Assembly (NCBI GenBank): GCA_030264375.1
Contig: JASCQW010000032.1
Location: 38,513,229 to 38,577,228, forward strand
Length of the DNA: 64,000 nucleotides
Direction: 5' to 3'
Source of the DNA: Carcharhinus longimanus
Lineage: Eukaryota
The notes beneath the pieces are model-generated. The model was not told where the DNA came from. It saw only the letters and a list, made by a program, of their open reading frames with translations, and searched no databases. Below are positions 51,801 to 63,800 of this stretch, in pieces (the stretch's first letter is position 1; each line of letters opens with the position of its first letter). The translations under genes were made by a program, and so were the position numbers.

Positions 51801-54800
51801 ATACCTTCAGTAAGCTAATTTATGCATATTATTTCCCTGTGTATAATAATTTATTTCTTTGAATTATTTTTATCTTACATACACATTTTGATTTTTCTCA
51901 AGCAACACCTGGACCACCTTATGCTCTTACGGTTGTTGATGTAACCAAGAGGCATGTTGAACTGAAATGGGAAGCTCCCAAAAATGATGGTGGAAGACCA
52001 ATACAGAGGTCAATATCATTTTTTTATCCAGTGCATTTTCTGAAAATCTCTTTCTTTCTGATAATGTGCATTAATGAATGCTATTGAATGTTCATATAGG
52101 TATGTAATTGAAAAGAAAGAGAAGTTAGGAACTCGCTGGGTTAAAGCTGGGAGGACTCCAGGACCAGAATGCAACTTTAGAGTCACTGATGTTATTGAGG
52201 GCACTGAAGTACAATTCCAAGTCCGTGCTGAAAATGAAGCTGGCTGTGGACATCCAAGTGAACCAACTGATCTGCTTACAATTGAAGACCCAACTAGTAA
52301 GTAGAAAGTGATATTAAGAATGTTATAATATGAGTCCCCTTAGTTTGAAAACAAATAGCAGATAACATTTAATTTTTATTTTGTGTCTAGGTCCTCCATC
52401 TCCGCCTCTTGAATTACATGTTACAGATGCAAGCAGAGAACACATATCGATTGAATGGAAGCCACCAGATAAAAATGGTGGCAGCCCTATTATTGGTTAT
52501 CATGTTGAAATTTGCGAAGCAGGAACAGAGAAGTGGATGAGAATTAATTCTCGCCCAGTAAAGGAACTGAAATACAAAGCAGTAGAAGGCATTATCCCTG
52601 ATAAGGAATATGTCTTGAGAGTTAGAGCTGTTAATGCCATTGGAGCAAGTGATCCATCAGAAATTTCAGAAAATGTCATAGCAAAGGATTCTGACTGTAA
52701 GTACAGCTTTCTTTTGAAATTATCCCTTTTTTGGTCTTAAAATGTTGATTTTCCATAAATAGAATTAACTTTTCCAATAGACTTAAAAATATACTTATTT
52801 TAATAGGTAATCCAAGTATCGAACTACAGACTCAAGATATAACTGTTGTGGAGGGTGAGAAATTGAACATCCATGTACCTTTTAGAGCTGTACCAACACC
52901 AACAATTTCATGGTTTAAGGATGGAAAGGAATTCAAAACAGATGACAGAATGACCATGAAGAGCGCCTATACTCTTGCATCCCTTGAGATTACAAAGAGT
53001 GTTCATGCTGATGCTGGTGTCTATACTGTTACTTTGGAGAACAAACTGGGTTCAACGACAGGAACCATTCATGTTAAAGTCATCGGTAATAATCTGAAGT
53101 GAAACGGAGGGAAACTTCCTTATTTATTACCTGGTCTGAAAAGTTTATTTTCGGATTAAGATATGTTTTCCTTTGTTTTAATTCAGGATTGCCTGGTCAG
53201 TGTAAAGATATCAAAGCAAGTGATGTCACCAAGAGTTCTTGCAAAATCACTTGGGATCCTCCAGACTATGATGGCGGCAGTCCAATTTTGCACTATGTTC
53301 TTCAACGTCGGGAGGCTGGTAGAAGAACATATACACCAGTAATGTCGGGTGAGAATAAACTGAGCTGGCCGGTAAAGGACCTTATTCCAAATAGTGAATA
53401 CTATTTCCGTGTAAAGGCTGTTAACAAAATTGGTGGTGGTGAATACACTGAGCTTCGCAACCCAGTAATTGCAGAGGATCAAAAGCGTAAGTATTTTGGG
53501 GGAAAAAGTCATCACTTAACAACATGTATCTATTTAGCCTGCAGTCATTGTCACATTTTGAATCTGATTAATTGATGCTTTAAATTTTCCACAGAACGCC
53601 CTGATCCACCAGTTGATCTTGAGGTCCAGGATCCAACATCAAAATCAGCAACATTGACGTGGAAACCACCTCTTTATGATGGTGGCTGTAAGATCACGGG
53701 CTATATCATAGAAAAGATAGCTAAAGGAGGTGAAAAATGGGAGAGATGCAATGAGTACTTGGTTCCAGTTCTGTCATATACTGTAAAAAATCTTGAGAAA
53801 GGAAATGAATATCAGTTCCGTGTGCGTGCTGAGAATATTGCTGGAATTAGTGATCCTTCAAGAATTACACCAGGAATCAAAGCTGTAGATCCGGTTGGTG
53901 AGTATTTTTTTTCATGTGAAGCTTTGGAAAATCATTAACTGGATCAAAACTTGATTCCTTCATTTTTATAAATGACCAGCTGAGAAAACAATGTGCACCA
54001 ATTTCAAGGCTGAACAATTAAATAATGGGAAATCAATATNNNNNNNNNNNNNNTGCTTTTCTGTACAGATCCACCAAAGGTCTTCCTCGTTGGAAACCTT
54101 CAGTTTGGATTAAATGTCAGAAGGGGTGATGAGATTAATCTTCTAGCCCGTATATCTGGTTCTCCTTATCCAACTGTGACATGGCTTCGAAATGATATAG
54201 AAATCAAACCTGAAGAAATCAAAAAGAGAGTAACAAAAATATTTCCAGTTAGGAAGAAGGAAGATGTCGTAGAGGAGGAGGTCTTTTCTCTCAGTTTACC
54301 AGAACGTTTAACTGTTGATAACAGCAGAACAGGAGAGTCTGAAATTATGGTTCGGGATTCCATCAGGAAAGACTATGGAAAGTTTACAGTCAAAGTAGAA
54401 AATGATCATGGTGTTGCCCATGCTAGTTGTGATGTTAATGTCCTCGGTAAGACCTTACACAAATTCTTTCATGGACGTAACAATATTATTTTTACAAGAT
54501 ATTGAAAAGGTGCAAAAATTTACTGCTGTTACTACGAATGTAATTTATGAATTTTGTATTTGGCGTTCTAGACACACCTGGCCCACCAGTCAACTTCATA
54601 TTTGAGGAAGTCAGAAAAGATTCAGTCATCTGTAAATGGGAGCCTCCTTTGGACAATGGTGGCAGTGAGATTCTTAACTATATCTTGGAGAAGAAAGATA
54701 ATTCCAAACCTGGAATCAGCTGGATTACTGCAACAACAACTCTTAGACACTGCGTGTATCACGTAACAAAACTTATTGAAGGAAAAGAGTACCTTTTCCG

Positions 54801-57800
54801 TGTGGCAGCTGAAAATAAATATGGTCCTGGTCCATTTTGTGTTACAAAGCCTCTTTTGGCCAAAAATCCATTTGGTAAGCTTTTCCTGTTATTTGTCAAA
54901 ATCAACATAGTATAAGATGCAATACTTAAATGTTATGTTAAAATTTTATTTGTCACAAACTTTGTTTAAAAAATGACCTTATTGATATTATATAGTTTAC
55001 AACTACATTGCCAATGATATTTGATGTTAGGTTGTTAATACCTGTACAGCAGTATACATATCCTTGTCATTCCTTATTTAGAACCTCCTGAAGCACCTGA
55101 TAAACCTGAAGTGGTGGATACTACTAGAAATAGTATGGTTGTTACATGGAAAGAACCAAAAGATAACGGTAGTCCTATTATAGGCTACTGGATTGAAAAA
55201 AGAGAAATTAACAGCACACATTGGACTCGCGTTAATAAAAACTTGATAAATGCTCTAGAAGCAAAGGCAGAAGGCCTCATGGAGGGGTTAACGTATCTAT
55301 TCAGAGTCTGTGCAGAAAATGCAGCTGGTCCTGGAAAATTCAGTTTACCTTCAGATCCCAAGATAGCACGGGACCCGATTTGTAAGTATTGGTTCAACAA
55401 TAGCTGATAAACTAAAAAGCACATTTTAATGCATTTCTTATTTATTTTACAATTAATAATTTTTTTTCACTTTTAAGTGCCACCTGGGCCACCAATACCA
55501 AGTATCCTAGATACAAGCGCAACATCAATAGATGTAACCTGGGTTCCTCCTATCTATGATGGTGGTGGTGACATCATTGGTTATTTCGTCGACAAGCAAC
55601 TTGTTGGATCAAAGGAATGGTCACGCTGCACAGAAAGACCAGTTAAAGATTGCAAGTTTACAGTCTTTGGGGTTAGAGAAGATGCAGATTATATTATTCG
55701 CGTGACAGCAGTCAATAATGCTGGGGAAGGAGCTCCTGGCCTCACTCAACCTGTAACTGTAATGGATCCAAAAGGTATTAAAAATTAAGCAATTATCTAG
55801 TAACTAGTTTATATCTTTCGGTTTTCTCTCTGTTTTTAATAAAACACATCTTGTTTTAATAGAGCCTCCAGTGGTAGAGTTTGATGAAAGCGTAAGAGCA
55901 GGCGTCCTAAAACAAGCTGGAGAAGTACTCAGACTTCCTGCCACTGTAACAGGCCGACCAACTCCAGAAATTAAGTGGACCAAGGATGAAGAAAAAGTTG
56001 ATGAAAATCATGTTGTTATTGAAACAGTTGGTACCAGGACAGAGTTAATTATAAAAAGTGCACAAAGAAGCGATTTTGGCAGATATGTGGTCAGTGGAAC
56101 AAATAGTAGTGGCTCCAAATCTGCATGGGCTCGAGTGGACATCGTAGGTAAGTCACATGCTAAAGAAACAGACATAAAATAGATTGGAATTCTATGTAGA
56201 TACCTTCATTAAATCTAAATGGTATCCCACCTTTTTCTTTCAGATGTGCCTGGCCCTATACTGGATCTAAAACCTGTTGTTGTTACAAGAAAGATGATGT
56301 TACTTAACTGGTCTGAACCTATTGATGATGGTGGTAGTGATATCATTGGCTATGTTATTGAGAAAAAGGATGCTAAAATGCACTCTTGGAGACAACCGAT
56401 GGAGACAGAGAAATCCAAATGCGATATTGTTGGTCTTCTTGAAGGACAGGAATATATGTTCCGTATTTGTGCTAAAAATAAATATGGCTGTGGTCCTGCT
56501 TCTATACTTGGACCTATTGCTGCAGTTGATCCACTAAGTAAGATATAAGAAAAGTAGGAAAATTAAATAATTTTTGTTCATTAATGTCACATGTTTGAAT
56601 TGAAAATGTATTTTGATTATAGGTCCACCAACATCTCCTGAGAAATTTACATACACAGACAGGACAAAGTCAACAGTCACACTTCAGTGGAAGCCTCCAA
56701 GAAATGATGGTGGCCGACCTGTTTTAGGGTACTACGTTGAAAAGAAAAGACATGACCAGCCTAAATTTGAGAGAGTTAACCAAATAGCTTGCCCTGATAC
56801 AAATTTTGTGGTTGAAGATCTAGAGGATCTAAACATGTATGATTTCCGTGTCAGAGCTGTCAATGAAATTGGAGAAAGTGAACCATCAATTACTATTAAT
56901 GTAATTGTGCAAGATGACGAAAGTACGTGCATTTAGTTGTTATGTCTTGTGCTATTGACCTTTTCATGTATGATTTTCTTTCAAATTTTAATACTTTTAT
57001 AACATTTTTGTTCATATTTGATTTGCTTAACAGTGCCGCCAATTGTGAGACTGCAACTGAAAGGTAAGAAAACCGTTATAGCTGTGAAAGCTGGTGAACC
57101 AATTGACATTCCAGCTGAAGTGGAAGGCCTTCCTTTACCCAAAATTGAATGGAGTAAAGCAGAGACTGTAATAGAGAAACCAACTGACCGACAGAAGATA
57201 GGAACTAAAGTAGTATCAAGAACGAATGCGCTGACCAAGTTTAGTATTCCTGCCACTGATCGAAAGGATACAGCTACTTACACTATTACAGCCTCCAACC
57301 GCCTAGGAACAGCATCCCAGTCTGTGGATGTTAATATTCTAGGTGAGAAAGCAAAGCAATTGCAACAAAGAACTTGAGAAAATATTATGAAGCTTGTATA
57401 ATAAATTCCCCAAAATGTACTACTTTGTTTAAATATTGATTTACTTGGCACTTTTCTTAACTTTAGATAAACCTACACCACCAAGAAACGTTAAAGTTTC
57501 GGATATCAAAGCAGAATCCTGCCATCTGACCTGGGATGCCCCTGAGGACAATGGTGGTAGTGAAATAACTAACTACATTGTTGACAAGCGTGATGCAAGC
57601 AAGAAGAAATCTGAATGGGAGGAGATCACAAACTATATTATTGAAAGACGATATGGGGTAATGTTTCTTTTTCATATTACTGCATTAAACCAACATTTTA
57701 ATAAGCTTCTTAATTGAATTTGGTGAATTTTATGTGTGTAACCAAAGCTTTCTTCTATTTAGATATGGAAACTAACTACAGATGGAGAATATCAGTTCAG

Positions 57801-60800
57801 AGTTAGGGCGGAGAACAAATATGGAATTAGTGATGGTTGTATGTCTGATAAAGTGACAATAAAAGATCCATTTGGCCTCCCAGGACCACCAAGTAAACCA
57901 AAAGTGTCTGATGTTACAAGAACCTCGATGCTTGTATCTTGGGATCCTCCAATGGACAATGGTGGTTCTCCAATCACAGGTTACTACATTGAGAAGAGAG
58001 AGGTCGGTGGCGTGTATTGGTCACGCGTCAACAGAGCTCCTCTGACAAAACCAGCTGTAAAAGGCCTAAACTTCAATGTCCTTCGTTTGATTGAAGATGT
58101 TGAGTATCAGTTTAGAGTCATGGCAATAAATGCTGCTGGAATTGGACCTCCAAGTGAACCTTCTGATCCTGTTTTGGCAAGTGATCCTAAAAGTAAGTTT
58201 CACTCTGAGATATGTGTGTCTCAGTTAAAGAAATAGCTGTTGATCAAAACTATCCTAAAATAATCCATATACAGTAATAAATATGGTCATATTTTAATAA
58301 ATTTAAACAAGATGAATCTGTAACATGGTAAGATATATTTGACATTTTGCTACACTGCTTAAAGCAAGCAAGTAGCACAAAGGCATATTCAAACATACTA
58401 AAGAAAATAGATCAACCCAAGTATGATTTTGTTTTTCTTTGAAGATCCACCAAGTGCTCCATCCTGTCCTGAAGTCACTGACAAAACCAAGGATACCATA
58501 TCGCTTAAATGGAATAGCCCAGCTAAAGATGGTCATAGCCCAATTCAAGGTTACGTTGTTGAGATGCAGGAGGAGGGTTCACCTGATTGGACAAGAGCAT
58601 CAGATCCTGATAAATTAGTTCCCAACTGTGAATATGTGGTGCCCAATCTAAAGGCTCTGAAGAAGTACAGGTTCCGTATTAAAGCTGTTAATGCTGCTGG
58701 GGAATCTGAACCAAGCTTACCAACTTCAGAAATAACTATGAAGGAAATTCTAGGTATGTACCTCTACATTTAGAATTTCAGAATATCAGAATACATTTTG
58801 TAAGTTATGATTAACATATTTTTCTTCATGATTTACAGAGGAACCAGATGTTACATTGGAAGTCGGTGCACCAGATTTTCTCAATTGCTATGCTGGTAAA
58901 CCTTTGAGAATTCCAACTGTTGTCACTGGCCGTCCTACTCCAAAGATTACTTGGGAGTTTGAAGGACTAGCTAAGACAGTGATGAAGGTATGAAGTTTCC
59001 TAATTATATTTAGATATGTATGTCTGTTCCAGGAAGAATTTTTTTCAAAAATGTATTTATTGGATGTGGGCATCGCTGGCTGGGCCAGCAGCTGTTACTC
59101 ATCCCTAATTGCCCTCTAAGCTATCCAAATTTAAAATGCCTTGGACATGTGGGGCTGATGATGATCATACTTGGTGAATGTGCTCTAGAAGGTTACAATA
59201 GAGAATTGCATTGCAAAGCTCTGGTATGACGAAATAATAATTGGCTGGCATGGTGGCACAGTGGTTAGCACTGCTGCCTCACAGCACCAAGGAGCCGGAT
59301 TCAATTCCAGCCTTGGGTGACTGTGTGGAGTTTGCATGTTTTCCCCAAATATGGGTTTCCTCTGGGTGCTCCAGTTTCCTCCCACAGTCCAAAAATGTGC
59401 GGGTTAGGTTAATTAGTCATGCTCAATTGCCCTTTGGTGTCAGGGGGATTAGCTGGGTAAATACATGGGGTTATGGCCTGGGTGGAATTGTTGGTGAANN
59501 NNNNNNNNNNNNNNNNNNNNNNNNNNNNNNNNNNNNNNNNNNNNNNNNNNNNNNNNNNNNNNNNNNNNNNNNNNNNNNNNNNNNNNNNNNNNNNNNNNTG
59601 TCAGGGGGAGTAGCTGGGTAAATACATGGGGTTATGGCCTGGGTGGAATTGTTGGTGCAGGATTGATATGGGCCAAAAGGCCTCTTTCTGCACTGTAAGG
59701 ATTCTATGATTTTAGGAATATACTGCTACAATGAAAGAATTGTTTAATTCTGTTCGGTGTTCCTTGATAACTGTTGTCTTTTTATTTGTGAGGCTGGTGA
59801 AGTTGATTTGATTTTTGCTCCATCTGGCTTGCACTTATAAGACTGCTATGAGTGGCATGAGAGGTTCTCGACCTACTGATGCTTCCCGTGGAAATGTTTT
59901 GTTCACAAACTCTGTACCAAAACATGAAGAATCGTGCCAATTCATACAAAACCTTGGGTGACCAGTAAAGAATATCCTTAGGGTGGATTTCATCGGTACC
60001 ACCAAGTTGTGAACCATCCCAGGTGCAGGGAGGCAAATGTGTGTAATGCAGTTTACCTTAATTTTTCTTCCAATTAAATTAAAGGAGAAAAATTAGACAG
60101 ACTCCATCTATTAGGTGTTCAAACCTCCCAGCTCAGTTCTTCTCCCTGAAAGAACATCCTGATCTCCACATGTACCCCAAAGTTCATTGAGCAACATTTA
60201 TCCATCTCAGTTATACAGTTGCAGACTGACCGGGTCTAAGTAGATACCTTTCTAATGGCTGTTTTTGTCACTAATTACCACTAATATAGTATCAGATATT
60301 GGTTCACAGAAATGCAACAATACATTATGTTACATATATCAAATATTAGAATATGATACTATCTTGCATACAACACTGCTCCCCATATTTTTGGTTCTGC
60401 TCACACTGTAAACTACTGCAAGAGCTATTCTAATTGCTCCATATACTAATTTTGGAAGTCAAGTGGAAAGTTAACTAAAGGTTTTCAATGTAACAATTGA
60501 ACATGTCAAATTTAAAGTTAATTGAAATGTACAAATTAGCATACATAATTCAAATGAAAATTCCTAATTTTGAAAGATTGCAGGTATCAGAGGTGATTAA
60601 GTACATTCACAATTGGCAGAAATTGAGGGATATTACTCCAGTTATTTAAGGTGATACCAGATGAAATGATTTCTATGATTGTTGGCCCTATTGTACAGAG
60701 AATTATCTCCAACAAAGGACTCTGAAATGCAGATGTGCCTGATAGTTCACTTCTTCTTTTGGTGTTCATGTGCAATCATGTACAAAACAAAGGGGAAAAT

Positions 60801-63800
60801 GTCAACAATTGTATTGCATTACGTTTGGGTGATGTGCCTGCTGTGAATATCTGGAAGTATATGGAAGCTATGAGGCGTGGGTATGGGGTTGGCTGTATTG
60901 GTCAGTGTGTGAGGGAGGATTTGGAGCATCTAAATGTTAGGTACGTGTCCCAATGGNNNNNNNNNNAAGTTGCTAGTACAATGGATAGGGATTTAATGTG
61001 AAGATGCATTTGCTGACCTTAACCACCTGCGTAAAAGCATTGAACTTTTTGTGGCACTGAGCCGGGTTGTCAGACAGACTCTGGGAATTGACATCCATGA
61101 CCACATATTCAGAAGGTAGACCAAGAAGGCCTCCTAACCTCCAATGGAGACACCACTTTCTCCTGTCTACTTTCAACACCAACGCCTTCACCGTTTAACA
61201 ACCCAGTAGTCTCTCTCTCTGGCCTGTTGTCCCATTTGCAATCTTCCTTCTTCCAAAGAAAGACTTTGGTGGGGATTTTAATGCAGTTTGCAAGAGCAGG
61301 GACCATGGCATGTGGGTGATTCAATTAAAGATTTCAAAGAGGCATTAAACTGTTATCTGAAAAGGATGAANNNNNNNNNNNNNNNNNNNNNNNNNNNNNN
61401 NNNNNNNNNNNNNNNNNNNNNNNNNNNNNNNNNNNNNNNNNNNNNNNNNNNNNNNNNNNNNNNNNNNNNNAATGGCGGGGCAGGCTCGAAGGGCTAGATG
61501 GCCTACTCCTGCTCCTATTTCTTATGTTCTTATGTTCTTATGTAATGGTCTCCTTCCTCATTGTAACAATTCTGTGATTTGTAAGTTAGTTTTCATTTTT
61601 TAAATCCTCAATGTCTTCCACAAACAATGATCCCTCCAAATTATCATCTCCAACTGGCAGCATTTGCGTTTTTGGCCAGATAAGTTATTTTCATGTTTGA
61701 AGTTGATTTTAAGTTGAGTAAAAATGAATGGAACCAATATACAAGCCCAGGCTGAAATTGATGTGTGGACTCATCCAGTATGGCATCATGAACAAAATAG
61801 TTGGGGGGAAAGTTTAACTTGAACAAATAAAATATCAATGATCATAGTTTTTCCTAAATAAGGATTAGACAGATTTTGTAACATTTGATGTTTTACTGTT
61901 TTGTGTAGGAGGAAGGACATAATCTCCCAGCTGATGCCCAGGTAATAATATGGTTAATGATTATTTTAAAGTATCATTTTGGAATCTAAAAATGGAATTT
62001 GAATATTACATGCTGCTTAATTATTAATCTTCTTGTCTTTAATAGGTTGAAAGCATCAAAAATAAGTCAACTGTGATTATTCCAGAATGTAATAGAGGTC
62101 ATTCTGGTCGATATAGTATTACTGTGAAAAACAAAGCTGGACAAAAAACATTAAATGTCAGAGTAAATGTTCTTGGTATGTAATCGTTTTATTTGATTGT
62201 ATTTGATAAAGAATGAATTGTAGTAGTTTAATGTGATTATTAAATGAATTATTTTTGGTTACAGATATGCCAGGACCACCAAAAGACCTCAAAGTAAGTG
62301 ACATTACAAGGAGTTCCTGCAGACTCTCATGGAAGCCCCCAGACAATGATGGTGGAGATAGAATTAAAAGTTATGTTGTGGAGAAAAAGACTGTAGAAGG
62401 AAAGGCTTGGGTAAAAGCGAACGCTGCCTGTGCAGGCACAACATTTGTTGTGCCTGATCTTATTGAAGGGCAAGAGTACTTCTTCCGCGTCCGGGCAGAA
62501 AACCGATTTGGTGTTGGTCCGCCAGTAGAAACCATTCAGAGGACCAAAGCTAGAGATCCAATTCGTAAGTTTATAGTTTTAAAAGCGTATACCTATCTAG
62601 TTCAGAGATCAGTATTATTTATTTCAGTGAAGATGCTTCTTGATAGCAACTTTTTTTGATGACTACTTTTATATTTCAGATGCTCCTGAGCCTCCAACAA
62701 AACTCCGAGTTGGTTTGGTTACTAAGAATTCTGTTTCACTTACTTGGAAGCCACCAAAGAAAGATGGCGGGGCTCCAGTATCACATTACATTATTGAAAG
62801 TCTTCTCGTGGATCCAACTGGCCAAAAGAAGGAAACTTGGAAGCAATGCAATAGACGTGATGTGGAAGAAACCAAATTTACCGTAGAAGATCTTATTGAG
62901 GGTGCACAATATGAATTCCGTGTGAAAGCTGTAAATGAAGCTGGTGTGAGTAAACCATGTAACTCTGTTGGACCCGTCACTGTGAAAGATCAAACATGTA
63001 AGTGTTGACACAATTATGGCATAACACAATGTAACAATTGAACATATCAAATTTAAACCTAATTGAAATGTACTAAATTTTCGCATGCCCAGGTGCACCT
63101 GAAATTGAACTTCAAGAATTTTTGGAGGCAGAACAAAATACAGATATCAGCATTGTAGCCAAAGTCAAGGGCACACCATTCCCAACTTTGACATGGTATA
63201 AAGCACCTGCTCATAAACCAGAGGAAAAATCTAAAGTAGAATATGATCAACACGTCAACAAAATTGTGACTGAGGATGGGTGCACTTTACTAATTCACCA
63301 GTCCCTCCGAAAAGACACCGGTCTTTACACCCTCACTGCGACAAACAATTTGGGAACCGCTTCTAAGGAAATGAGGCTCAATGTTCTTGGTAATTATTTT
63401 TATTAGCTATCTCATTAAATTCCTAATTTTGGCAATGCAATTATAATTGCAATCCTGTCACTTGCTATAGTGAGTGCAACGGAAAATATTTATATTTTGA
63501 CTTGTTTTAATACTTAGGTCCCCCAGGTCCTCCAGTTGGTCCTATTAAGTTTGAAGGAATTAGTGCTGAACAGATGACTATATCATGGCTCCCTCCAAAA
63601 GATGATGGTGGCGCCAAGATCACTAACTATGTTGTTGAAAAGAAAGAAGCAAATAGGAGGACTTGGATTCAAGTTTCCAATGATGTTAAAGAGTGCATTT
63701 GCACAGTGCCCAAGTTGTTGGAAGGACATGAATATGTATTCCGCATCATGGCTCAGAATAAATATGGTGTTGGGGCACCTCTTGACAGTGAACCAGAGAC

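Noticed and set aside
59247-59320. tRNA-like sequence (also at 21491, 34603, 41925)
   Set aside because: These are SINE heads followed by SINE cores, not cloverleaf tRNA genes.
59780-60040. GC-richer unique stretch with short ORFs on both strands
   Set aside because: No Ig/FN3 motif and no convincing splice-site pair; I cannot support an exon or antisense gene from sequence alone.
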